64,000 nt of DNA from an uncultured Acidobacteriaceae bacterium. Lineage in GTDB: Bacteria > Acidobacteriota > Terriglobia > Terriglobales > Acidobacteriaceae. Positions within the stretch are counted from its first letter, which is position 1, and the number at the start of each line of letters is the position of its first letter. Positions 25,801-34,836 of this stretch are shown here, piece by piece. Location of the stretch: assembly GCA_964514735.1 (NCBI GenBank), contig CAZETZ010000006.1:5467-69466 (forward strand). The letters are read 5' to 3'. Made by a program: the position numbers and the translations under genes. The notes under the pieces are model-generated. The model was given only the letters and a program-made list of their open reading frames with translations. It was not told the origin of the DNA and searched no databases.

Positions 25801-25903
25801 AACCTGAGACGGCGGTGGTCGTGGTTCCGGGCAAGTGGGTTTTGGTTGTGGCCACCGCGATTGATCCAGCCGTCAAGCCCACGGAAAAACCAAGGTCAAG
25901 CCT

Positions 25904-26287
25904 ATGAACAAAGTGCGCGCTCTGATCGTGGACGATTCCTCAGTCATGCGGAAGATTGTGGAGCGTTCGCTTCGCCAAGCGGGAATCGATCTGGCCGAGG
26001 TCCGGGAAGCGGCGAATGGGGCGGAAGGGCTGGGTGCGCTGGGCGAAAGTTCCGTAGATCTGATCCTCTGCGACATCAATATGCCGGTGATGGATGGCAT
26101 CGAATTCCTGCGGCAAATCCAAAGCGTGCAGAACGCCAAGGGGGTCCCGGTGGTCATGATTACCACCGAGGGAAGCGAGTCGCATGTGGTCCAGGCCCTT
26201 TCCATCGGGGCCCGGGGTTATATCCGCAAGCCGTTCACTCCGGAGCAGGTCAAAGAACACGTGGTCCCCTTATTGGATAAAAAATGA
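25904..26287 (+). CDS. cheY: chemotaxis response regulator CheY
   Basis: 127-aa single receiver. Motifs are ALIVDDSSVMRK, LILCDINMPVMDG, VVMITTEG and GYIRKPFTPEQ. Confidence 0.92.
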   Translation: MNKVRALIVDDSSVMRKIVERSLRQAGIDLAEVREAANGAEGLGALGESSVDLILCDINMPVMDGIEFLRQIQSVQNAKGVPVVMITTEGSESHVVQALSIGARGYIRKPFTPEQVKEHVVPLLDKK

Positions 26288-26769
26288 ATTCACCAAAACA
26301 TGCACTTTCGCAGGAAGGAACCCCGGAGAGCTGGCTGCCGCTGCTGGAAGTAGCGGTGAGGGAAGTGTTCGAGATCATGCTGGGCTGCAAGCTGGAGCCG
26401 CTGGTCGAACTCAATTCCACCACCCTGGAGTTTACCGCGATGGTGGGGCTGGCTGGGCAACTGTGCGGCATCATCACCATGCGCAGCACGGCTAAATCCG
26501 CGGTGCTCATGGCGTCCAAGATGTTGGGAATCGATCCCAAGGAAGCCGACCAGCAGACCTGGGACGCGATGGGCGAGGTCACCAATATGGTGGCGGGAAA
26601 TTTCAAGAACAAACTCACCGGGCTGGGAGACAAGTGCATGCTGTCGGTGCCCACGGTGATTACGGGCGCGGACTACTCGTTTCATTCCCTGGCCGACGGC
26701 GGCCCCCTGGAAGTGATGTTTCTGTTTGAAGGATCGCCGCTGTTGATTTCGCTTGAGATCCACAGCTGA
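26284..26769 (+). CDS. cheX: CheX-type CheY-P phosphatase (CheC/CheX/FliY family)
   Basis: It has a single ExxN-x21-P site, DAMGEVTNMVAGNFKNKLTGLGDKCMLSVPTVI, which closely parallels the CheX active-site segment. It is 161 aa and overlaps the cheY stop. Confidence 0.8.
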   Translation: MNSPKHALSQEGTPESWLPLLEVAVREVFEIMLGCKLEPLVELNSTTLEFTAMVGLAGQLCGIITMRSTAKSAVLMASKMLGIDPKEADQQTWDAMGEVTNMVAGNFKNKLTGLGDKCMLSVPTVITGADYSFHSLADGGPLEVMFLFEGSPLLISLEIHS

Positions 26770-26928
26770 GCTGGCTGAGCGCGTTCGCGCTTGGCTGGGA
26801 ATAGTTTGCCCGCTGCCGCGTTTGTACCCGGCAATCCTGTTCCTGGCTATGCAGGATATTCTTCGCCTTTTGCTTCGCCTGCCGGCTTAAGCTCCACTGT
26901 CACAATCACTTTTCTTCTGCCGGCAACT

Positions 26929-26944
26929 TGGCCAACTGCGTGCT
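26929..26944 (+). promoter_or_regulatory. possible sigma-54 promoter TGGCCA-N5-GTGCT
   Basis: tggccaactgcgtgct has GG at 26930-26931 and GC at 26942-26943, the correct register. However, it sits only 7 nt before ATG 26950. Confidence 0.35.
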
Positions 26945-26949
26945 CCAGT

Positions 26950-27699
26950 ATGCGCGAGGGCCAATTCTTGAACAGCGGCTACTACGCGGCATGCGCCGGG
27001 CTTCGGACCCAGACTCAGGCGCTGGAATTCATCGCCAACAATCTCGCCAACATCAACACCGTAGGGTATCGCGGTCAACAGGCCACATTTCGCTCGTTTC
27101 TGGCTACCGCCCGGAACGCGGCCAACCCGCTGAACCGGGCCATCAATGATTTCAATATTCTCGGCGGAACCCGCTTGGACTTGAGTGTGGGGAATTTGCA
27201 GCCGACCGGCAACCCCTTTGACGTAGCGTTGGAGGGCGCCGGGTTCTTTGCCGTCCAGACCAGCGCGGGCACGATGTACACCCGCAACGGGAATTTTCAG
27301 GCCGCCGCCAACGGTCAATTGATCACTTCCGCGGGAGACTTGGTGCTGGGGGAAGACGGACCGATCACTGTGCCCAGCGGGGACATCGCCATCAGCGCGG
27401 ATGGAACTCTATCGTCGGCGGGAGCGGTGGTCGGAAAACTGAGAGTCGTGGATTTTCCGGCGGACGCGGGGCTGGTCCCGCAAGGGAATTCCTACTACGT
27501 CGGGCCTGATGCGATGGCCCAACCGGCCACCCGGGCCGATGTGCGGCAAGGCATGCTGGAATCCTCCAACGTCAATCCCGTGCTGGGGATGGTCAACCTG
27601 ATTTCCGTGCAGCGTCACGCCGACATGATGCAACGCGCGCTCTCCGCCTATTACAACGAATTCAACCGCGTGGCGACCAGCGACCTGCCACGCGTCTAG
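26950..27699 (+). CDS. flgF: flagellar proximal rod protein FlgF
   Basis: The N-terminus reads ALEFIANNLANINTVGYRG and the C-terminus MLESSNVNPVLGMVNLISVQRHADMMQRAL. The start is ATG 26950, or possibly TTG 26968 (see findings). Confidence 0.85.
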   Translation: MREGQFLNSGYYAACAGLRTQTQALEFIANNLANINTVGYRGQQATFRSFLATARNAANPLNRAINDFNILGGTRLDLSVGNLQPTGNPFDVALEGAGFFAVQTSAGTMYTRNGNFQAAANGQLITSAGDLVLGEDGPITVPSGDIAISADGTLSSAGAVVGKLRVVDFPADAGLVPQGNSYYVGPDAMAQPATRADVRQGMLESSNVNPVLGMVNLISVQRHADMMQRALSAYYNEFNRVATSDLPRV

Positions 27700-27720
27700 C
27701 TCGACAGGAGAAATCACAGG

Positions 27721-28512
27721 ATGTTTCGCGCGCTCTATACAGCAGCCAGCGGCATGATGGCGCAGCAGATGAACCTGGACAACGTGGCCAACAACCTGGC
27801 CAACTCCAGCACCGCCGGCTTTCGCCGGCGGCGGTTGCAGTTTCAGGACCTGGTTTATCAGAACCTGATTACCCCGGGAGCGGCCGCCACGCAACAAACA
27901 ACCATCGCCGCGGGACTGCAAATCGGACTGGGCGCTCGCAGCGCGGCCTCCGAGATCGTGCAGTTGCAAGGCGACTTCAATGCCACCGGGAATCCGCTGG
28001 ACCTCACCATTGCCGGACAGGGCTTCTTTCAGGTCACCATGCCAAACGGCGAAATCGCCTACACCCGCAGCGGCGCCTTTCATCTGGATGCGCAAGGAAA
28101 CGTGGTGACCGCGGACGGGAACCCGATTGAACCTGCCGTTACCATCCCCACCGGCGCGACTTCGATCACGGTTGGCTCGGATGGGACGGTGAGCGTGACC
28201 CAGCCAGGCCAGACCGCGGCGGCGCAAGTGGGGAGTATTCAATTGGCGCTGTTTCCCAATCCCGGCGGACTCAACAGCGTCGGCAACAATTTGTTTCTGG
28301 CCACTACGGCGTCGGGTGATCCGATCGTGGGGACGCCGGGCGGAACCGAAGGGCTGGGAAACATCCAGCAGGGATATCTGGAGCAGTCAAACGTGAACGT
28401 GGTCGAAGAATTTATTCAGATGATCCTGGCGCAACGGTCGTATGAAGCCAACTCCAAAGTGGTGCAGGCGGCGGACGAGATGTTTCAGCAGGTAAATAAT
28501 CTGTCGCGGTAG
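27721..28512 (+). CDS. flgG: flagellar distal rod protein FlgG
   Basis: The N-terminus reads MFRALYTAASGMMAQQMNLDNVANNLANSSTAGFR and the C-terminus YLEQSNVNVVEEFIQMILAQRSYEANSKVVQAADEMFQ. Confidence 0.93.
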   Translation: MFRALYTAASGMMAQQMNLDNVANNLANSSTAGFRRRRLQFQDLVYQNLITPGAAATQQTTIAAGLQIGLGARSAASEIVQLQGDFNATGNPLDLTIAGQGFFQVTMPNGEIAYTRSGAFHLDAQGNVVTADGNPIEPAVTIPTGATSITVGSDGTVSVTQPGQTAAAQVGSIQLALFPNPGGLNSVGNNLFLATTASGDPIVGTPGGTEGLGNIQQGYLEQSNVNVVEEFIQMILAQRSYEANSKVVQAADEMFQQVNNLSR

Positions 28513-28521
28513 GAGAGTGCC

Positions 28522-29331
28522 GTGAAGCTCGCGCGGTGGGTGGTCTGCTTGGCATGGAGCGCGGTGGTTTGCCCGGCCGCAGGACGAGAGGGCGTTGTGC
28601 GGCTGAATGAGAGGGCCGGAGTGGCGGGGGAGGCCATCCGGCTCTCCGATTTATTGCCGGCGGATGCGCCTGCGGCAGTTCGTGCCGCTGCGCTTTCGGT
28701 CGAACTTGCGCGGAGCCCGCAGTTGGGCAGCCCGCGGATTTTGTCGCGAGAGCAAATCGGGCGGGGCCTGCTTGGACATGCTGATTTGCCGGCGCGGTTC
28801 TCCATTCCCGAGCAGGTGACCATCGTCCGGCAAGGCTGGCCGATCAGACCCGGGTCGGTCCGGAAAGCGGTCCTTGATTTTGCAGGAAAACAGGACTGGG
28901 GCCTGGGGCCGAGTGACTCGGTTGCGCTGGAGTTATCTGGCAACCCGCAGGCTCTGGTTGAAGATCCTGGGCTGGCGGTGCAAAGCGCCGATGCAGACAA
29001 GCTTCGCCATCGATTGAGATTTGTAGTCCGCTGTATCCGCCCGCAAGCTTGCGGTGGATTTCTGGTATCGGCATCCTTACCCGCGGATTTTTCAAATGGT
29101 CTGCACCCTCGTACGGGCCTAGGGGCAAAGCCGAAACAGGGAGAAATTCTGGTCCGCGCAGGCCAACCGGCAGTGCTGAACATGCGCTCCGGCAACATGA
29201 GTATTTTTCTGCGAGTGGTCTGCTTGGAGCGTGGATCGATGGGTCAAACCATTCGCGCCCGCGAAGGAAACAGCCATCGGATTTTTCGCGCGCAAGTTGT
29301 GGGAGCGGGGGTTCTGCGGGCCAGGTTGTAA
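28522..29331 (+). CDS. flgA: P-ring assembly chaperone FlgA
   Basis: GTG start with a signal peptide. It has a SAF-like region and the FlgA C-terminus GEILVRAGQPAVLNMRSGNMSIFLRVVCLERGSMGQTIRAREGNSHRIFRAQVVGAGVL. Confidence 0.8.
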   Translation: MKLARWVVCLAWSAVVCPAAGREGVVRLNERAGVAGEAIRLSDLLPADAPAAVRAAALSVELARSPQLGSPRILSREQIGRGLLGHADLPARFSIPEQVTIVRQGWPIRPGSVRKAVLDFAGKQDWGLGPSDSVALELSGNPQALVEDPGLAVQSADADKLRHRLRFVVRCIRPQACGGFLVSASLPADFSNGLHPRTGLGAKPKQGEILVRAGQPAVLNMRSGNMSIFLRVVCLERGSMGQTIRAREGNSHRIFRAQVVGAGVLRARL

Positions 29332-29346
29332 CCCATAAGGAGCACG

Positions 29347-30033
29347 GTGATGAAAATGCATCTCCTGAGTTTCGCAATGTTGCTGTCCGCCGGGCTGGCG
29401 GACGCGCGAAACAACAAAATCGAGAACGAGAGTCTGGCTTCCTATCTGCAACGCATGCAGCAGGTAGCGCCAGACCTCAAGCCGGGTTCGACCGGTAGCT
29501 TATGGAACGACAATAGCAGGCTGGTGGGGGTTGCCTCCGACTATAAAGCGGCGCGGGTCGGAGATGTTGTGACCATCGTGGTCGTGCAAGACGTCACCGC
29601 GCAGAACGCGGGCGCGGTCGCCGCAGCCAGGACTTATACGGCGAACTCCGGGATTTCGGCCTTGCCTGCCGGCATAAAGACGACCAAGGTCTCAAGCCTG
29701 TTTTCGCCCAACTCGTCCGCCACCTTGTCCGGAAAGTCCTCCGCCAGCACAACTTCTACGCTGCGCACCCGGCTGGCCGGCCGGGTGGTAGCCGCGCTGC
29801 CGAACGGCCAGTTGGTGGTCGAAGCCGAGCGGGAAGTCACCATGAATAACGAGCGGCAGACGGTCCTGGTCCGAGGCTTGGTCCGGCCGGGCGACATCGC
29901 CCCCGACAATTCCGTGCTTTCGAACAATCTGGGGAACCTGGAACTGGAATTGAAGGGCAAGGGAGTGTTGAGCGATGGCACGCGGCCTCCTAACATTCTG
30001 GTTCGCTTGATGCTCAAGCTGGTTGGTTTCTAA
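29347..30033 (+). CDS. flgH: flagellar L-ring protein FlgH
   Basis: Motifs are GSLWNDNSRLVGVASDYKAARVGDVVTIVVVQD and NGQLVVEAEREVTMNNERQTVLVRGLVRPGDI. Confidence 0.88.
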   Translation: MMKMHLLSFAMLLSAGLADARNNKIENESLASYLQRMQQVAPDLKPGSTGSLWNDNSRLVGVASDYKAARVGDVVTIVVVQDVTAQNAGAVAAARTYTANSGISALPAGIKTTKVSSLFSPNSSATLSGKSSASTTSTLRTRLAGRVVAALPNGQLVVEAEREVTMNNERQTVLVRGLVRPGDIAPDNSVLSNNLGNLELELKGKGVLSDGTRPPNILVRLMLKLVGF

Positions 30034-30052
30034 CTTCTGGGAGAGTGCCGGC

Positions 30053-31156
30053 ATGGTCCGCTTATTCGTGCTCATCGGGTTGGTCCTCATACGGCCGTTG
30101 TATGCCGAAGAGACGGTGCAGAAAGCCTTGGTCCGCGACATCACCAGCGTGGAGGGCGTCCGGGAAAATCCTCTGCTTGGATACGGCATGGTGGTTGGAC
30201 TCCGCGGCACCGGGGACCGTCAACAGACCGTTTTCAGCACCCAGACGTTGGGAAATATCTTGCAGCGCATGGGAGTACAGATACAGCCCGGCGCCATCAA
30301 GGTGAATAATGTGGCCGCGGTCTTTGTGACCGCGACTTTGCCCCCCTTTGCTCGCCCGGGATCGAAGCTGGACATCACGGTTTCCTCGGTGGGCGATGCC
30401 AAAAGCCTGGAAGGAGGCCTGCTGCTGCTCACTCCTCTCTATGGCGCGGATGGAAAAATCTATGCCGAGGCGCAGGGGGCGTTGACCCTGGGTGGGTACA
30501 GCGCCGGGGGCTCCGGCAACACAAAACAACTGAACCATCCCACCGTGGCGCGTATTCCAGAAGGTGGGATGGTCGAACGGGATGTTTCTGTAGACCTGAG
30601 GCAGTTGGGCAAGCTTTCCTTATTATTAGGGGACCCTAACTTCACCACCGCGGAAGGGGTAGCGGGAGCAATTAACCATGACTTTCAGAAACCGGTGGCG
30701 ACGGCGGTGAATAGCGGGCGGGTGGAAATCGATCCCGCCCTGGCGGGGGCGTCAAGCATTCCGGCGTTGTTGTCGCGCGTAGAAAACCTGAGCGTGGAAG
30801 TGCACCGCCGGGCGCGGATCATCGTCAATGAACGCACCGGGACCGTGGTGATGGGAAAGGACGTGCGCCTGGGGGCGGTTTCCATCCTGCATGGGAATTT
30901 CTCGATTGAAATTGCAACGCAGCTCGGGGTTTCGCAGCCCGAGCCACTTTCCAAGGGCACGACCGAAGTAGTGCCGCAGACCGCGGTCAAGGCCGAGGAG
31001 GCGCCGGCCCGGCGCATTGAATTGACCGAAGGGGCACGGGTCGAGGAACTGGTCAACGGGTTGCAAAGAATCGGGGCGACGGCCCGCGATGTGATCGCTA
31101 TCCTGCAAGCCATAAAAGCTGCGGGCGCGCTTGAGGCCGAGCTGGAGGTGATTTGA
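30053..31156 (+). CDS. flgI: flagellar P-ring protein FlgI
   Basis: Start at ATG 30053. Motifs are VRENPLLGYGMVVGLRGTGD, KLDITVSSVGDAKSLEGGLLLLTPL and the C-terminal LQAIKAAGALEAELEVI. Confidence 0.93.
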   Translation: MVRLFVLIGLVLIRPLYAEETVQKALVRDITSVEGVRENPLLGYGMVVGLRGTGDRQQTVFSTQTLGNILQRMGVQIQPGAIKVNNVAAVFVTATLPPFARPGSKLDITVSSVGDAKSLEGGLLLLTPLYGADGKIYAEAQGALTLGGYSAGGSGNTKQLNHPTVARIPEGGMVERDVSVDLRQLGKLSLLLGDPNFTTAEGVAGAINHDFQKPVATAVNSGRVEIDPALAGASSIPALLSRVENLSVEVHRRARIIVNERTGTVVMGKDVRLGAVSILHGNFSIEIATQLGVSQPEPLSKGTTEVVPQTAVKAEEAPARRIELTEGARVEELVNGLQRIGATARDVIAILQAIKAAGALEAELEVI

Positions 31157-31557
31157 TGGATCTTTCCGCGCCCATTGCGACCGCCAAACCGCAAAGCGGA
31201 GAATCCGCGGACACGCAGAGGGTGGTGGCGGCCGCGCGGCAATTTGAAGCGGTGTTGCTCGAATCGTTCGTGCAGCCGCTGCAAGAGACCTTCTCCAGCT
31301 TGCCCGGCGGGGAGGATGGCCTGTCGGTCGGCGGGTATCGGGACATGGGAACCCAAGCCATGGCCTCGGCCCTGGCGCAAGCCGGAGGGCTGCACCTGGC
31401 CGAGATGGTAGTTCGTAACCTGTTGCATCTCCACAACCTACCGGGGAAGCTACGGCCATTGGTACAGGGGGACCCAATGGCATTCAAGGTTTTTGGCCGT
31501 ACGCCGATAGTAACTGAGAGTTCAGTCGGCAGCTTGGGGGAGATGAGAAAGCAATGA
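31156..31557 (+). CDS. flgJ: rod-binding FlgJ-like protein (no muramidase domain)
   Basis: AARQFEAVLLESFVQPLQETF matches the FlgJ N-terminal rod-binding motif. It is only about 133 aa with no glucosaminidase-like part. The start is TGATG-coupled to flgI. Confidence 0.7.
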   Translation: MDLSAPIATAKPQSGESADTQRVVAAARQFEAVLLESFVQPLQETFSSLPGGEDGLSVGGYRDMGTQAMASALAQAGGLHLAEMVVRNLLHLHNLPGKLRPLVQGDPMAFKVFGRTPIVTESSVGSLGEMRKQ

Positions 31558-31566
31558 ATTTGTAGT

Positions 31567-31593
31567 TAAAGTCTTCTAACCCGCTGTCGATAG
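31567..31593 (+). promoter_or_regulatory. sigma-28 promoter TAAA-N15-GTCGATAG upstream of flgM
   Basis: taaa at 31567-31570, a 15-nt spacer, then gtcgatag at 31586-31593, 36 nt before the flgM ATG. Confidence 0.6.
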
Positions 31594-31629
31594 TTCAATT
31601 GCAAGGACAATCTGGGTAGGGGAACTGCA

Positions 31630-31926
31630 ATGCGAATCGATGTTAACAACAAATTACGGGATGCAGGGAATATCGGGGAGGCCGAGCCCTCGGGTGCACG
31701 GGCGCAAGCCAATGCCCCGGCACGGAGCAACTTCGGCAATGACCGGGCGGAACTCTCGGGGGAGCAGGCACGGGTGCAGTCCCTGGCGGGTCAGGTGAAC
31801 GATGCGCCGGAGGTGCGGCAAGAAAAGGTGACGGCCCTGGGGCTGGCGATCCAGCAGGGCCGCTACAACGTGACTCCCGAGCAGACAGCGGCCGCGATGC
31901 TGGAGGACTTCCGCTCGGCGGCGTAA
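31630..31926 (+). CDS. flgM: anti-sigma-28 factor FlgM
   Basis: 98 aa. The C-terminus VRQEKVTALGLAIQQGRYNVTPEQTAAAMLEDF is typical of FlgM. Confidence 0.8.
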   Translation: MRIDVNNKLRDAGNIGEAEPSGARAQANAPARSNFGNDRAELSGEQARVQSLAGQVNDAPEVRQEKVTALGLAIQQGRYNVTPEQTAAAMLEDFRSAA

Positions 31927-31947
31927 CTCCAGCAGGGGACTTTGGCA

Positions 31948-32130
31948 ATGGCAGATTTCATGACAGAACGGCTGGATGCGATGAGCCGGGTGACGCTGGA
32001 CCTGCAAGCGGACGCGCGTGACCAGAATGCGGCGACGCGCCGGCGTGGGACCAAACCCGCGCCGGCCAAGGCGCAGCCGGAAGAACCGGCCGAACCCAGG
32101 CCCAATCACGAATTCGATCAGATGGCGTGA
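31948..32130 (+). CDS. small hypothetical protein (60 aa) between flgM and the flgN-like gene
   Basis: ATG 31948 is preceded by GGGGA 8 nt upstream. G/C preference at the third codon position is strong. The sequence is charged and Pro-rich (..RRRGTKPAPAKAQPEEPAEPRPNHEFDQMA). I recognise no family. Confidence 0.35.
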   Translation: MADFMTERLDAMSRVTLDLQADARDQNAATRRRGTKPAPAKAQPEEPAEPRPNHEFDQMA

Positions 32131-32133
32131 TGC

Positions 32134-32547
32134 ATGGACGCGCGATCCTCCTCAGCCCTCGAGTGTCGGGCCCACCGGGTCTTGTTATGGCGCGAGTTAG
32201 CGGCCGCCTTGCAAAAGGCGCAGCGGGCGATTGTGATGGCGGACCCGAAGGGCATGGAAGCCGGTCTTTCCGCGCAGCACCAACTGTGCCTGGCGCTGAT
32301 TGCGCTGGGAAGTGTGGAGCGCGAGCAACTTTTGCCTGATGCGAACGCCGCCGCGCGGGCGCGCTGGAGCGCGCTGACCCGCGAGTTGCAGACGATGCAA
32401 GGCCGCAGCCAACACCTGGGGCGCGTGCAAGCGGCGCTGCTGCGGCGTTCGCAGCGGGCCCAGGAATTAATGGCGCGCCTGCTGGCGACCACCGCCGTCA
32501 CCTATGTTCCGCCGCTCATCCGTGCCACGGCGGCCGCTGGGAAGTAA
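32134..32547 (+). CDS. FlgN-like export chaperone (by position and helical character)
   Basis: A 137-aa helical protein directly upstream of flgK-flgL and downstream of flgM. Sequence similarity to FlgN is only impressionistic. Confidence 0.45.
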   Translation: MDARSSSALECRAHRVLLWRELAAALQKAQRAIVMADPKGMEAGLSAQHQLCLALIALGSVEREQLLPDANAAARARWSALTRELQTMQGRSQHLGRVQAALLRRSQRAQELMARLLATTAVTYVPPLIRATAAAGK

Positions 32548-32552
32548 ACCCT

Positions 32553-33926
32553 ATGTCAGGTCTTTTTGGATCGCTTTCGATCGCGGTGGGAGCGCTTCTG
32601 GCCGAGCAGACCGCCCAGGAAGTGACCGCCAACAATGTGGCCAATGCGAACACTCCAGGTTATTCGCGGCAGCGTCCGGATTTTGTGACCAAGGACCCGG
32701 TGGTGCTCGGCAACCTGACGCTGGGCACCGGCGTTCTGCTGCAAAAAATTGAGAGCTTGCGCGACCCGATTCTCGAACTGCGCATCCACGAAGAGACCCA
32801 GCAGCACGGAAGTCTGGACGCGTTTGTTTCCTCCATGCAGCAAGTGGAAGTGATGTTCAACAACCAGAGCAGCGGGGACCTAGGCCAGTTATTTTCCAAT
32901 TTCTTCGGCAGCTTGCAGCAGCTTTCCACCGATCCCGGCAGTCTGGCCCTGCGGCAGGGCGTGTTGACCACCGCGGGCAATCTGGCCAACGGCTTTCACA
33001 CCATGAACAACAACCTGCAAACCCAGCGTACCAATCTCGACCTGAACGTGGTGCAGGCGGTCACGCAGGTCAACACTCTGACCGCGCAGATCGCGCAGCT
33101 CAACGGCCAGATTTCCGGCCTGGAAAACCTGGGGAAAGAAGCCAACACTTTCGTGGACCAGCGCAACCAACTGATCAACCAGCTTTCGCAACTGGTGGAT
33201 GTTTCCGCCATCCAGAGTGATAATGGTCTGACCCTGACCACCTCCAACGGCACGGCGCTGGTCGCGGGCACCCGTAGTTTTGACTTCTCCACGCAGTTGG
33301 ATGTTTCCGGGGTGCACCACGTTTTTTCCCAAGCCAACGATCTCACCGGCAAGCTGACCAGCGGAAAGCTGGCGGGCTTGATTCAGGTGCGCGATCAGAA
33401 GATTCCTGGGCTGATCTCTCAACTGGATGGGCTCGCCGCCGGCTTTGCCAGCGCGGTGAATACCGCGCACCAGGCAGGGTTCGATCTCAATGGCAATGCC
33501 GGGGGGAATTTCTTTACGCCTCCGCCCGCCGGCGGACAAGGGGCGGCTGCCGGATTGCAGGTCGCAATCACCGATCCGGCGCTGATCGCGGGGAGCTCGG
33601 ATGGCAGTGCCGGCAGCAATGGCAACGTGCTGGCGCTGGCCGCGGTGCATGACCAGAATGTGGCCAATGGGCAGACGGCCACCGATTTCTATTCCAACCT
33701 GGTTTTCAGCGTAGGCAACGATGTTGCCAACGGGTCGGCCGAACAGGACGCATCGCAACTGGTGCTGCAGCAACTGCAAGACCAGCGGGGCAGTGTCTCT
33801 GGAGTCTCGCTCGACGAAGAAGCGACCAACTTGATCCAGTATCAGCGGGCCTTTGATGCGGCGGGTCGGATGGTCAGCACGGTGAACGAAATGCTGGATG
33901 TTGCCATTCACCTTGGGGAATACTAA
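32553..33926 (+). CDS. flgK: hook-associated protein 1 FlgK
   Basis: The N-terminus reads AQEVTANNVANANTPGYSRQR and the C-terminus GVSLDEEATNLIQYQRAFDAAGRMVSTVNEMLDV. Confidence 0.9.
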   Translation: MSGLFGSLSIAVGALLAEQTAQEVTANNVANANTPGYSRQRPDFVTKDPVVLGNLTLGTGVLLQKIESLRDPILELRIHEETQQHGSLDAFVSSMQQVEVMFNNQSSGDLGQLFSNFFGSLQQLSTDPGSLALRQGVLTTAGNLANGFHTMNNNLQTQRTNLDLNVVQAVTQVNTLTAQIAQLNGQISGLENLGKEANTFVDQRNQLINQLSQLVDVSAIQSDNGLTLTTSNGTALVAGTRSFDFSTQLDVSGVHHVFSQANDLTGKLTSGKLAGLIQVRDQKIPGLISQLDGLAAGFASAVNTAHQAGFDLNGNAGGNFFTPPPAGGQGAAAGLQVAITDPALIAGSSDGSAGSNGNVLALAAVHDQNVANGQTATDFYSNLVFSVGNDVANGSAEQDASQLVLQQLQDQRGSVSGVSLDEEATNLIQYQRAFDAAGRMVSTVNEMLDVAIHLGEY

Positions 33927-34822
33927 TGACCCTGCGAGTCAATCCCAACCAGACGCCTGATTTACTGGCGGCCCTGCAGACCGCGCAGCAGCAGCGGGAC
34001 GCGGCCCTGGAGCAACTGGCAACCGGGCGCCGTGTAAATAAGCCATCCGATGATCCGGCCGCCTCCGCGCAAGTCGTCGTCAATCACGATCTCAGCAGCC
34101 AGGTCGATTCCTTCCAAAGTTCTTCGAGCAGCCTCAGCGGCCAGCAGCAGACCGCGGACTCTACCTTGAGTTCCGTAGTCACCGCGCTGCAGCGCGCGAT
34201 CACGCTGGGAGTGCAGGGCGGCAACTCCGGCACCCTCTCCGACACCGACCGCAACGATATCGCAACCGAATTGCGCGCTGTCCAGACCCAGTTGGTGAGT
34301 CTGGCCAATGTGGCCTACCAAGGCAGGTTTATTTTTTCCGGAACCGAACAAGGGACCGCGCCCTACGTGGTGGACACAACTTCTCCTTCTGGAGTGCGCT
34401 ACGTGGGGAACACCGGGGTAAACACGGTGGCCATCGGCAACGGATATCAGTTGCAGGTCAACCTGCCGGGCCCGCAGCTATTCAGTTCGTCTCAGGGCAA
34501 CATGTTCCAGTCCATTCAAGATCTCATCACCGCCGTCACTACCAATACCGGAATTGATACGGCGGTCAGCGGAGTGCGGAAGGCGTTTGATTTTGTAACC
34601 TCACAGCGTGTCTTTTACGGAAATGGGTTGAACCAGATCCAGTCCCAGCAAACCTTCCTGGACACGCAGAAGACCCAGCTCAGCAGCCAGGAGAATGTCA
34701 TCGCCGGCGCAGACATCGCGGCAGCGGCCAGCCAGTTGGTCAATAGCGAGAATGCGCGCAACGCGACTTTGGCCGCGATCGGGCGGGTCTCGCAAACCAC
34801 CTTATTCGATTTTCTGAAGTGA
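33926..34822 (+). CDS. flgL: hook-associated protein 3 FlgL
   Basis: It has flagellin-like termini: LATGRRVNKPSDDPAASAQ and ADIAAAASQLVNSENARNATLAAIGRVSQTTLFDFL. Confidence 0.88.
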   Translation: MTLRVNPNQTPDLLAALQTAQQQRDAALEQLATGRRVNKPSDDPAASAQVVVNHDLSSQVDSFQSSSSSLSGQQQTADSTLSSVVTALQRAITLGVQGGNSGTLSDTDRNDIATELRAVQTQLVSLANVAYQGRFIFSGTEQGTAPYVVDTTSPSGVRYVGNTGVNTVAIGNGYQLQVNLPGPQLFSSSQGNMFQSIQDLITAVTTNTGIDTAVSGVRKAFDFVTSQRVFYGNGLNQIQSQQTFLDTQKTQLSSQENVIAGADIAAAASQLVNSENARNATLAAIGRVSQTTLFDFLK

Positions 34823-34836
34823 GCACAGGACCCCAT

